64,000 bases of DNA from Candidatus Cloacimonadales bacterium (GTDB taxonomy: Bacteria; Cloacimonadota; Cloacimonadia; Cloacimonadales; JAFGVF01). Below, piece after piece: positions 41,272-49,888 of the stretch. The notes beneath the pieces are model-generated. The model did no database searches. It was not told the DNA's origin and was given only the letters and a program-made list of their open reading frames with translations. The stretch covers positions 1,600,001 through 1,664,000 of the forward strand of contig OY762964.1 in assembly GCA_963667035.1 (NCBI GenBank), given 5' to 3'. Numbering within the stretch: the stretch's first letter is position 1; each line of letters opens with the position of its first letter. The translations under genes and the position numbers were made by a program.

Positions 41272-41280
41272 TGCATAACC

Positions 41281-41490
41281 TCATAAAAAGTATAGTAGTT
41301 TTATTAGTCCGGCAATCAAGGCTCCGGCAATTATACCAGTTAGCCATGTATTGAATTTTAAAGTTGTTTTGATTTTAACCATTTCGTATTTTAGCCCTGG
41401 CTTTCCATTACCGTAAACCGTGTGTCTAAGTTCTTTAACATCCCTTTCAAGCGATTCTTTGTCCATTAATCCTCCTGTGATTCTTCCCAC
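41281..41490 (-). CDS. Small membrane protein (holin-like candidate)
   Basis: Coiled coil, GNGKPGL, one C-terminal TM helix. Confidence 0.5.
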   Translation of the reverse strand: MGRITGGLMDKESLERDVKELRHTVYGNGKPGLKYEMVKIKTTLKFNTWLTGIIAGALIAGLIKLLYFL

Positions 41491-41732
41491 TTAGAATTAC
41501 CAACTACATCATCTATTCTTATTTGTGGATATTCATCTAATAATGTTGGACATCCTGATTCTTCATGATATGAAATTATTGCTTGATTAGATCCATCAAT
41601 ACTAACCCTAACTGAAGATAAAGAATACCTAGCACCAATATCTGGACATTCTCTAATAAGATCTTCCCAAATATGGCATAAAAAATCATAAGGAACCTCT
41701 TTATACAGCCTTCTCAATTGTTGCTCCTCCAT
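41466..41732 (-). CDS. Hypothetical phage protein
   Basis: ORF overlapping both neighbours. Confidence 0.45.
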   Translation of the reverse strand: MEEQQLRRLYKEVPYDFLCHIWEDLIRECPDIGARYSLSSVRVSIDGSNQAIISYHEESGCPTLLDEYPQIRIDDVVGNSKWEESQED

Positions 41733-42429
41733 GTAATATAATTCTTTTATTTTTATAACCTAAGTTCGGGGTTAAAACCTGACCTGATTCGGTAAAACTC
41801 TTTTCAAATGGGAAATAATAGGCTAATTTAGACTTGTCCAAATATGTTCTTGGATCTAATTTATCTTCATTGTAAGCTGATCTTTGATTGGGGGTTATAT
41901 TGCCAAAATAGATAATTAAGCTTGAAAAGTCTGCCTCAACAAATCTATATGTTGAATAAAGGCTATCACCAATACTGAAATAAGATAAGCCGTTATATGT
42001 TGATTCACCTTCGCTGAGCTGGTTTACACCATTTAGCAATAAAGATAAGTCTCCGGAACTAACAACTGGATATACACTGTTAATTTCTAGAGTATAAAAT
42101 TGATTTAGGTCTATATCTTCAGTAGTTCTTGATATTAAGTTACTTTGAGAATCAAGCCAACGACTATCTCCAACCATTAAATTGTTATACCGTTTTAAAA
42201 CATAATCAAATGGTGTAGAATCTGGAAGCAATCCCGTGAATATCTGTTTGTGCGTACTTGAGCGTATTTTCACTTTTGTCATTATAGTCACATGGCTTAC
42301 ACCACTAAAATCAAGATTTTCTCCTTCCATAGTAGCATAACCGTCAATACCACCCAATCGTAGTACATGCTTATTCACATACCTTTTAGCTTTATTCTTC
42401 CAAACATTTAAACCTAATACCAAGCTCAT
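41701..42429 (-). CDS. Possible LamG-like virion protein
   Basis: VLRLGGIDGY start, LLLNGV, SIG, YYFPF pattern; AT-rich. Confidence 0.45.
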   Translation of the reverse strand: MSLVLGLNVWKNKAKRYVNKHVLRLGGIDGYATMEGENLDFSGVSHVTIMTKVKIRSSTHKQIFTGLLPDSTPFDYVLKRYNNLMVGDSRWLDSQSNLISRTTEDIDLNQFYTLEINSVYPVVSSGDLSLLLNGVNQLSEGESTYNGLSYFSIGDSLYSTYRFVEADFSSLIIYFGNITPNQRSAYNEDKLDPRTYLDKSKLAYYFPFEKSFTESGQVLTPNLGYKNKRIILHGGATIEKAV

Positions 42430-42436
42430 ATAACAC

Positions 42437-43177
42437 CTACACTATATCAAACTCAAACTCAACGGTCTGAGCTTCAGCTCCGGAGTTTTTAAGCTTAAAT
42501 GAAGCTATTCCACCACATCCTTTTATAAGACCATCAGGAAGACTGGCAGGAATTAAATCAGCATCAAGAAGTTTAATATCTGCTCCCGAATTCGAAAAAC
42601 AAATCTGTGCAGCTCTTACGGGTACGGCTATCTCCAAAACCTCACCTGCAGGGATTGATACCGGGCTGAAACAAATAGCTTCAAGTTGAATATTACTGAT
42701 AGTGATAATCCCCTGTGTTGATGTGGTTTGTGAAGCAACCAACTTGAAGTCATTCTCCACATTATCAACATAAAAAAATACTCCATGATTACCTTCAGTA
42801 AACGGAAGGTTTACATCTGCAGACGCAATACCTCCACCGGCTTCATCATCATCAACCAAGGTAAGTGCAAAGTCACCATCAGGTATAGCTTCTATAGCTA
42901 CAGTATACTTCAGAATACATCTGGTTCTTGTAACATCGGTCAAACTCTTCTGAAGACCACGGATATAGTTCTCAACTGATTGAACAATGCTACCGGTAAG
43001 ACCATTAGCAAATGTCAACTGGAATCCGGTACTCTCGGAAGTAAAACCTGTAAGAGTAAAATCTCCGGGAGTGTTTGATAAAAATGTATGAGTGCCACCA
43101 TCATGGTGCTGCCAACCATTAGCTACTGGAAGGATACCGTGATTCAGATCTCTTGGCATTAAATTGTATTTCTTCAT
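42437..43177 (-). CDS. Beta-rich phage structural protein, hypothetical
   Basis: ATG 43177 (MKKYNL) with AGGAG RBS. Confidence 0.6.
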   Translation of the reverse strand: MKKYNLMPRDLNHGILPVANGWQHHDGGTHTFLSNTPGDFTLTGFTSESTGFQLTFANGLTGSIVQSVENYIRGLQKSLTDVTRTRCILKYTVAIEAIPDGDFALTLVDDDEAGGGIASADVNLPFTEGNHGVFFYVDNVENDFKLVASQTTSTQGIITISNIQLEAICFSPVSIPAGEVLEIAVPVRAAQICFSNSGADIKLLDADLIPASLPDGLIKGCGGIASFKLKNSGAEAQTVEFEFDIV

Positions 43178-43230
43178 ATCAGCTCCTATAAAAACTGGGA
43201 ACGCAGGCTTCTTGCTTGCATCTTTTAGAA

Positions 43231-43251
43231 AGGGCGTCAAGAAGACGCCCT
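43231..43251 (-). terminator. Hairpin/terminator within the late operon
   Basis: AGGGCGTC-TTCTT-GACGCCCT followed by TT on the minus strand. Confidence 0.5.
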
Positions 43252-43269
43252 ACAGTAGAGTGTTTCAGG

Positions 43270-43428
43270 TTAAGCAAATGCATCTTCAACGATTGATTCC
43301 AATATTTCAACCGCTTCATCGTCAATTGTGTTGTCAGTTCTCTTTGCAAGCTCTTTGAGAAGAGTTATAGCGAAAGATGCTAATTTCTCAGCTGGTAGTT
43401 TCATAAGATACTTAAGTATCCATTTCAT
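43270..43428 (-). CDS. 52-aa phage protein missing from the ORF track
   Basis: GGAGG RBS; MKWILKYLMKLPAEKLASFAITSLKELAKRTDNTIDDEAVEILESIVEDAFA. Confidence 0.75.
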   Translation of the reverse strand: MKWILKYLMKLPAEKLASFAITLLKELAKRTDNTIDDEAVEILESIVEDAFA

Positions 43429-43442
43429 AATAACCTCCGTGG

Positions 43443-44129
43443 TTATGATTCAGTAATTGAGATGTCTTTGATTAATTCAAGGGCATCAACATCAAGTGTT
43501 ACTATTTCTATTTCGAAGCCGACAGATTCTGCAGTTAGCATTACCTGACTTGCTTCAGTGATAAAATTGATTGAATAAGAACCCATTATATCAGTCTCAT
43601 CATTAACTTTTACTTCATTGAATTGAGTTAATGTAACTTTCACACCATTCTCAGGCTCTGAAGTACTAGCATTAGTAACAACTCCGGAAACTACAGCTTC
43701 CGAAAGAACTAGGACTTTTGAGTCTACTGTCTTTTCAGCATTGAAAGTAATAAGAGATAAGTCTCCTGATTGGGTGATTGTTTTAGTACTGGCTCTACCA
43801 TCATAAATCCAGAATAAAGTATCTTTTTCGTTTGGATCCAGAAGGATGATATCAATCTGTCCACCGGTCAAGTCTCTCAATACATTAAGCTGTAATGAGT
43901 TTAGCCAGATTCGGTCAATACTTGCAGCTACTTTTTCGCTGACCAAGTAATCTGTTCCATCTGCAAGACGTGCATTCTCGGGGCTTATCTTAAGCTTATT
44001 GCTCTTCACAACATCAACATAAGTAAAACCAAGTACTTCAAGTCCCGCTTGATTTATGTTATCAGGCACAATTTCACTTATATCAATGCTTCCGGCTCTT
44101 TGTCTGATGTAGATATCAAAGTACTTCAT
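43443..44129 (-). CDS. Tail-tube-like paralog with C-terminal Ig-like domain
   Basis: N-terminal half aligns to the 44138 protein; C-terminus VSGVVTNA..EP..GVKVTL...TD..GSY. Confidence 0.6.
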   Translation of the reverse strand: MKYFDIYIRQRAGSIDISEIVPDNINQAGLEVLGFTYVDVVKSNKLKISPENARLADGTDYLVSEKVAASIDRIWLNSLQLNVLRDLTGGQIDIILLDPNEKDTLFWIYDGRASTKTITQSGDLSLITFNAEKTVDSKVLVLSEAVVSGVVTNASTSEPENGVKVTLTQFNEVKVNDETDIMGSYSINFITEASQVMLTAESVGFEIEIVTLDVDALELIKDISITES

Positions 44130-44137
44130 ACATCCTC

Positions 44138-44572
44138 CTAACTAAGCGAAACAAAGCTCTGTGCAGGAGCATTAACTGAAGCTTCTTTAGCACCGGAAAC
44201 TGCTACTTTAAGTGTAGCACCTGACTCAGCAGTAATCTTAGGATAAAGTCTCACATTCTCAAGGTAAGGACAAAGGGTTAGCTGATCGGGATCCACAAAA
44301 AGCACATCGACTTTCTGATTAATCATCAAGCTTCTCATATTATTGTAATCAACTCCACTCACCTTGTCAGCAGTAAAGTCTGTTACAGTCTCCTCGCTAT
44401 CAGTGCTGGAAGTACCATCAGCTAAAGCGTTCTGTGCTTTTGGCGACAGTTCCATTTTGTTCTTCTCAAGAAGATTGTCATACTTAGTCCAACCGGACGC
44501 TAAACCTGCATAAGTTGATGGAGGAGTTGCATCGTGGGCTCTAACATATACTTCTTTATAAAATCTTGCCAT
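44138..44572 (-). CDS. Probable major tail tube protein
   Basis: Size, beta-rich pattern, position between capsid and chaperone/tape measure. Confidence 0.55.
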   Translation of the reverse strand: MARFYKEVYVRAHDATPPSTYAGLASGWTKYDNLLEKNKMELSPKAQNALADGTSSTDSEETVTDFTADKVSGVDYNNMRSLMINQKVDVLFVDPDQLTLCPYLENVRLYPKITAESGATLKVAVSGAKEASVNAPAQSFVSLS

Positions 44573-44589
44573 TTTACACCTCTAATAGG

Positions 44590-44613
44590 TGGGGTATGCA
44601 TATGCATACCCCA
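44590..44613. repeat. Perfect 24-bp palindrome after the capsid gene
   Basis: TGGGGTATGCATATGCATACCCCA. Confidence 0.9.
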
Positions 44614-44619
44614 ATATGT

Positions 44620-45522
44620 TTATGCATCATTATCAGTTGAATCGTACTTAACGTAGATGTACTTGTCTGCGAGCTTTAACTCACCCCAAGCACTCCAGAC
44701 ATTGATGATATCATTGACTTTAGTAGCACTTGGTTGAGTCTTTTGACTGAACTTCTTCTGGAAAGCAGCACAAGCAGCTAACTTTTGATAGAAAATAGCA
44801 CACTTGTTAGTGTTGTTTTCTGCTGTCTCGCTGATAGTACCGTCGTCATCAACCAGAGGGCAATCAGCTTGCATTATAAAGTCAAAGCCATGAGCATGAC
44901 CAACGTAACCGTCATAGATTACACCCTTAGCGTTTGGATTTTTGCTAACATCTGAGAAATTGGAAATGCTAGTTAAATCATTAGCATACTCCGGACTTAC
45001 GATGCAGAATCTATCCTTTTGGGGTGCTTTTTGTTTATCAAGTGCAACCTTAGCTGCTTGAATATCTTCTTCAGTTAATTTTTTGTTAGTTGTATCTGCT
45101 ATAGGCACTAAATGCACAGGTGCTGAGACAGGAACACTATTAACTAAGAGATTCATAATACGTAGATTACTTTCGTCTCTAATAGCATCTTTGGCGTTTA
45201 AGCCCTGCTCATTGGTCTCGGCAATATCAGACTGAGCCTTATCAATGTCATAAACATTGAAAAGATAACCTATCTGAAGATTCAGATTAAGAGTAGATAC
45301 TGATTTACCGGAATCATCTGGTATATCGAACTCTGCCTTCAAAGCTTTCGTTTGAGCCGAATTAGGTATCAGCTGAGGAATGTTGATAGATTCTACTTTA
45401 TTCCCCTGAGCTCTTTTGGTTAAGTCAACAATAGTGTCAATGAGCCACTTCTGGTTTCCAAGACGCTCTCGAATCATTTGCTGGAGTGTTTTATTGCTCC
45501 AAATCTGAGGATTATATCCCAT
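44620..45522 (-). CDS. Major capsid protein
   Basis: PQIWS start, LDKQKAP..DR...VSP, G.VG...GFD; follows the prohead protease. Confidence 0.8.
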   Translation of the reverse strand: MGYNPQIWSNKTLQQMIRERLGNQKWLIDTIVDLTKRAQGNKVESINIPQLIPNSAQTKALKAEFDIPDDSGKSVSTLNLNLQIGYLFNVYDIDKAQSDIAETNEQGLNAKDAIRDESNLRIMNLLVNSVPVSAPVHLVPIADTTNKKLTEEDIQAAKVALDKQKAPQKDRFCIVSPEYANDLTSISNFSDVSKNPNAKGVIYDGYVGHAHGFDFIMQADCPLVDDDGTISETAENNTNKCAIFYQKLAACAAFQKKFSQKTQPSATKVNDIINVWSAWGELKLADKYIYVKYDSTDNDA

Positions 45523-46574
45523 TACTCACCTTCCTTTTGGGTATAAGGATCCCATTCAGATTCAAGTTTCCCTGCAAGGGCCTCATTCTTCTCGCAAAGC
45601 TCAATCCATTCAGCTTGATGATTAAGGTAGTAGCCATAATCTTTTTTAGCTGTAGGAGTACCGCTTTCAACCGGTTCAGTCACATCAAGAGTTGTTACCT
45701 TCTTGCTTGCGAGATACTCGTTGAAAAGCTTCTCATCTTTTGCATAAAGGCTCATTGCAAAGTCCTTCTCACTTGGAAGAAGCTTTTTCTCTGCAATAGC
45801 ACTATTAACTGCGGCTTCAGCATTAAGTTTGTTCTGTCTGGCTTCAATCTCAGTGATTTTTTCCTTCAAAGAACTGTTATCTGCAGCTAACTGCTGCACT
45901 TTTAGGAGAGCTTCCTGTTCGTTGGAGCATCCTAACACTTTTAAGAGTTCGTCCATTTTCAGACCTCCATCTGTTGGTGTATTTTGTATCTCCTCAGGAA
46001 GCGTCCAACCATGACTCATTGCGTATGCAACGATATCGTAGTGTGCCTTTGAGGATTTATTTGCATTAAAAATTGAATCACAGAAACCATTAGTCACAGC
46101 TTCCTTAGCTGCATACCAGGTCTCCTTATCCATTGCTTTAATAAGTTGCTCTTTTGTAAGTTTTGAACGGGTTTGATATGCCATTATCATATCATCTCTA
46201 AACTTGTCTAACAACTCAGCCATTTCTCGAAGTTTCCTTGAATTTCCTCGAGCATCTATCCAAGGATTATGTATCATGAACCTGGCTGTCTCAGCTATTT
46301 CAACACGATCTCCAGCCATAGCTATGATTGTTGCTATTGATGCGACAGTACTATCAATCATTACTGTAATCTCTTTAGGACATGATTTCAGATAGTTGTA
46401 TATAGCCAGCCCCTCATTAATTGAGCCACCCGGAGAACTTAATCTCACCGTTAACTTCTTAGCTGTAATCCTATTCACAGCTTCAGTCACCTTCTGTGCC
46501 GAAACGCCCCAACGTGAAATCTGATCATAAATCCAAATCTCATGCTGACCTTGTTTATTCATGTATACTTTCAT
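45522..46574 (-). CDS. ClpP-type head maturation protease with scaffold-like C-terminus
   Basis: SPGGS, ASIAT, MIHNPW, ETWY, GFCD; coiled-coil tail. Confidence 0.9.
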   Translation of the reverse strand: MKVYMNKQGQHEIWIYDQISRWGVSAQKVTEAVNRITAKKLTVRLSSPGGSINEGLAIYNYLKSCPKEITVMIDSTVASIATIIAMAGDRVEIAETARFMIHNPWIDARGNSRKLREMAELLDKFRDDMIMAYQTRSKLTKEQLIKAMDKETWYAAKEAVTNGFCDSIFNANKSSKAHYDIVAYAMSHGWTLPEEIQNTPTDGGLKMDELLKVLGCSNEQEALLKVQQLAADNSSLKEKITEIEARQNKLNAEAAVNSAIAEKKLLPSEKDFAMSLYAKDEKLFNEYLASKKVTTLDVTEPVESGTPTAKKDYGYYLNHQAEWIELCEKNEALAGKLESEWDPYTQKEGE

Positions 46575-46592
46575 ATCAAAACCTCTGATGCC

Positions 46593-46674
46593 ATTATACT
46601 CAGAAATTTTATTTTATTGAAAAAAGTCCCAAAATGGGACTTTTTCGGACATTTCCGCCTTTTTGCTGTAAGAT
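46593..46674. promoter_or_regulatory. Divergent late promoters around a central dyad
   Basis: AAAAAGTCCCA-AAA-TGGGACTTTTT (46621-46645); TATAAT(-) at 46593-98; TAAGAT(+) at 46669-74. Confidence 0.7.
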
Positions 46675-46699
46675 GACTTCAGAACATGAAGGAGGTCTT

Positions 46700-47089
46700 A
46701 TGGACTTTGAGAAGTTGATAAAAAGCGTGATCGATACGCTTAAAGAATCAAAGAAATTTAAGCAAGTTGAAGAGTATGACGGTCAGTTCGAGATTCTTGA
46801 AAAAATCTCAGCATTTCCACCTGCAGCTTTCGTTGATATCGAAGGTGACACCAACGAAGGTCAAACCCAAATCTCAGAAGATGTAACCCTATCAATTCGC
46901 CTATTTTGCTCTAAACTAATGGGGCAAGTATCAGGCATTTATGCACTACGTGCATACTGCCTAACCCTTAACGGTCTAGCTGTCAAATACAAGGATGAAT
47001 ACATTGGTCGCATGCACTACCAATCTTCTGAGCAACATGTTAATCTTCCGGGAGCAAAGACCTGGAAAATCAATTTCTCAGTGAGGTAA
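46700..47089 (+). CDS. Mu gp37-like neck/tail completion protein
   Basis: VEEYDGQF...PAAFV; GGAGG RBS before ATG 46700. Confidence 0.7.
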   Translation: MDFEKLIKSVIDTLKESKKFKQVEEYDGQFEILEKISAFPPAAFVDIEGDTNEGQTQISEDVTLSIRLFCSKLMGQVSGIYALRAYCLTLNGLAVKYKDEYIGRMHYQSSEQHVNLPGAKTWKINFSVR

Positions 47090-47091
47090 CT

Positions 47092-47475
47092 ATGGATATT
47101 ATCACAGTAACTGAAGTTTTGGATTCTATAGCGAATCAAGCGTTAAGATCCGTTCTAGAAGCAGAAGAAAATGTCCAAGGCTATATTGATTCTCGAGAGA
47201 AATGGGTTGAGGAACAATTAACCGGCACTCTGACTTTCCCATTAACTGAAGTACCGGAAACTCTCAAAATTGCCCTAATTGATATTGTAGCATTTGATTG
47301 CTACAAAAAAAACGATGCAACTGATGTTCCCAACACTGTCAGAGACGCTTATAAAGAAGCCTTAAAAGCCATTAACAACATCAAATCAAACAACACAATC
47401 ATAGACCCAGAGCAACAACCTGATACTTCAATTCAGTTCACAGTTGCCACTAAGTTCTTCACGGAGCCACTATGA
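47092..47475 (+). CDS. Mu gp36-like head-tail adaptor (DUF1320-like)
   Basis: PL..VP..L....DI......Y..AL..I pattern. Confidence 0.75.
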   Translation: MDIITVTEVLDSIANQALRSVLEAEENVQGYIDSREKWVEEQLTGTLTFPLTEVPETLKIALIDIVAFDCYKKNDATDVPNTVRDAYKEALKAINNIKSNNTIIDPEQQPDTSIQFTVATKFFTEPL

Positions 47476-47972
47476 TTATCGACCAATCGACCATGAAGAT
47501 TATCGCTAACACTGCAGCTAAAAAAATTAAAGCAAGAATAAGGGCTGGTGGAATCAAACCACCTTCTAACAATGGTGGTAGAACTCTCATCAAATCAGGT
47601 AAACTAATCAACTCTATAAAATACCGAACCCAAGGACAGAAGGTTATAATATCTGCAGGTGGGGGTCTTAAGTATGCAGCAATCCAACATCAGGGTGGTG
47701 TTATCAGACCTAGAAAAGCAAAGTATCTTGCAATCCCACTGACAAAGGCTGCTCAAGTTAAAAGCCCGAGGGATTTCGAGAACACCTACATACACAAAGG
47801 TGTCATCTTCCTGAAGGTTGATGGCGGTAAAGACATAGCTCTGTATGCTCTAAAGAAATCTGTAACCTTACCGGCACGTCCTTACATGTATCTGACAGAT
47901 GCTGAGATGACAGATATACACAGAATCCTTGGAAAGGAGATGTTAAAAAATGGCACATTCAAAACCGACTAA
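47472..47972 (+). CDS. Mu gpG-like virion morphogenesis protein
   Basis: LIKSGKLINSI, YAAIQHQGG, LPARPY. Confidence 0.85.
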   Translation: MIIDQSTMKIIANTAAKKIKARIRAGGIKPPSNNGGRTLIKSGKLINSIKYRTQGQKVIISAGGGLKYAAIQHQGGVIRPRKAKYLAIPLTKAAQVKSPRDFENTYIHKGVIFLKVDGGKDIALYALKKSVTLPARPYMYLTDAEMTDIHRILGKEMLKNGTFKTD

Positions 47973-48393
47973 ACTCGAAGCTAAAAGATTATATCTCGAA
48001 GGTAACAACATCAACGATATATCTGCAGGAATGGGAATCCCACGCTCAACCATTGAAAAATGGAAACGTAATGAAGACTGGGACTCAGAATTCACGCAAT
48101 ACTCTGCTCATCAGTTGGCAGAAGACATGCAGAAAGAGTTCTATCTTGGTGTCAAGAAGGCAATTAAAGAGGGGAAACTAACTGACCCGGGTACGGCTGA
48201 TGCCCTACTTAAATCAAGTCAATTAATGGCGAAAGTAATCCCAGAGAAAGTGCTACTGTCTAATCTTATGAAAATGCTCAAGGACCAAACTGAATACTTC
48301 CAACGCTTCGCTGATGATGACTTTGTCCTCGAATGGGGAAAGCACCTTCAGGGATTAAGTGAGTTTTTAAGGAAACGCTATGGAACGGAATAA
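47950..48393 (+). CDS. Terminase small subunit
   Basis: AKRLYL HTH with TIEKW..W; overlaps the TerL start. Confidence 0.75.
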   Translation: MAHSKPTKLEAKRLYLEGNNINDISAGMGIPRSTIEKWKRNEDWDSEFTQYSAHQLAEDMQKEFYLGVKKAIKEGKLTDPGTADALLKSSQLMAKVIPEKVLLSNLMKMLKDQTEYFQRFADDDFVLEWGKHLQGLSEFLRKRYGTE

Positions 48394-49876
48394 AATGACC
48401 CCGAAGGAGTTCGATCAGCAGCTTCAAGAACTGATTGCAAATATCCAGCAAAACTGTACTCCATTCAAACACGATACTCCGGAAGAACAGAAAAAAAGAT
48501 TAGAACGTGCGTCCAAGGACTTCTTCTACTTTGCTAAGACCTATTTCCCACACTATATCAAAGCAAATCCATGTAAGAAACACAAAGATATTCACCATAT
48601 CACCGAACGTGAAGGTATTCATGCTGTAGCAGGATTTAGAGGATTTGGTAAAACTACACTGTTAGCTATTATCAAACCTATCTGGCGTGCTCTATTCGGT
48701 CAATCTAACTTTGTCATTGAAGCTGCTGAAAATGAACGACTAGCAACCAATAGGAACAAAGAGATTAAAGCTAATGTTCTCATGAACAATCGTATCATCT
48801 ATGACTTCAAACCACAGGTTGAAGGTGAAGTAAATGACTACATTCTGAGTGGCACAAGGTTTAACTGTAAATTCTTAGCACGTGGCTATCAACAGCCTGT
48901 TCGTGGTCTTTTTCACTATGGTAACAGACCTGATTTCATTGTTGTTGATGATCTTGAATCTCATCTGTCATTCAATCCTCGAATAGCTGATGAGAAGCTT
49001 AAGTTTGTACAGGAAGAGTGCTTTGGTGCTTTCCAAGCCGGACGTGGTACAGTTGTATGGCTTGGAAATCTGACTCATCAAACCTCTGCTTTCTTTCTCT
49101 TTAAAAAGAAGTGTGAGAAAGTAACTTCTAAAGATCTAACTTTCACAATCGTTCGTTCTTATGAAGTTGTGAAAGGTCGTAGAGTACCAACCTGGCGTGA
49201 GGAGTACCCTCTTCAAGTACTTGATAGAATTAAGCATATTATGGGTACTGCAGGTTTCGAGCGTCATTATCAAATGAATCCAATGATTGAAGGGCTTAAG
49301 TTTAAAGCTGAATGGATTAGATATGAGGACTTCCCGACTGAGTTTGAGAAGATAATAACCTACGTTGACCCATCGCTCAGCAGTAAGAAAACTGCTGACT
49401 ACAAAGCTATCATCACGCTTGGATATGCCAAAGGCAAATATTACCTGCTTGATGCCTGGATTAGAAAAGCATCCATCGACACTATGTTGCACTACCTTTA
49501 CAAACTGGATAAGGAGTACAACACACTGATATTCATGGAAGCTAACTTTTGGCAATCTATTCTGTGGGAGTTTATTCCTGATATTTCAACGTCCTATGGT
49601 TATTACCTTCCGGTGTTTGCTGTCATTAATTCAGAGAAGAAGGAAGTACGTATTGAGAAACTTGAACCACCTTTTGAGCGTGCTCGTATCATTTTCCCAA
49701 AAGACATGAATGACGATATCCAACTCCTGATTGAAATGCTACTGGGCTATCCTGACCATCCTCACGATGATGGTCCGGATGCTCTCTCTGGAGCCGTAAC
49801 TGAATGCAAGATAAATCGTGAAGTCTCCTATCAACCGGTAGGACAAAAACGGACAAGTTTTAAACAACTAATGTAA
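48380..49876 (+). CDS. Terminase large subunit
   Basis: RGFGKTT, RPDFIVVDDLE, YVDPS, HDDGPDAL. Confidence 0.93.
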   Translation: MERNKMTPKEFDQQLQELIANIQQNCTPFKHDTPEEQKKRLERASKDFFYFAKTYFPHYIKANPCKKHKDIHHITEREGIHAVAGFRGFGKTTLLAIIKPIWRALFGQSNFVIEAAENERLATNRNKEIKANVLMNNRIIYDFKPQVEGEVNDYILSGTRFNCKFLARGYQQPVRGLFHYGNRPDFIVVDDLESHLSFNPRIADEKLKFVQEECFGAFQAGRGTVVWLGNLTHQTSAFFLFKKKCEKVTSKDLTFTIVRSYEVVKGRRVPTWREEYPLQVLDRIKHIMGTAGFERHYQMNPMIEGLKFKAEWIRYEDFPTEFEKIITYVDPSLSSKKTADYKAIITLGYAKGKYYLLDAWIRKASIDTMLHYLYKLDKEYNTLIFMEANFWQSILWEFIPDISTSYGYYLPVFAVINSEKKEVRIEKLEPPFERARIIFPKDMNDDIQLLIEMLLGYPDHPHDDGPDALSGAVTECKINREVSYQPVGQKRTSFKQLM

Positions 49877-49888
49877 AGGACACAAGAT

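Noticed and set aside
35450..44600. Gin-type invertible tail-fibre segment, mom, or contractile sheath
   Set aside because: No invertase, flanking inverted repeats, mom-like or sheath-like ORF recognised.
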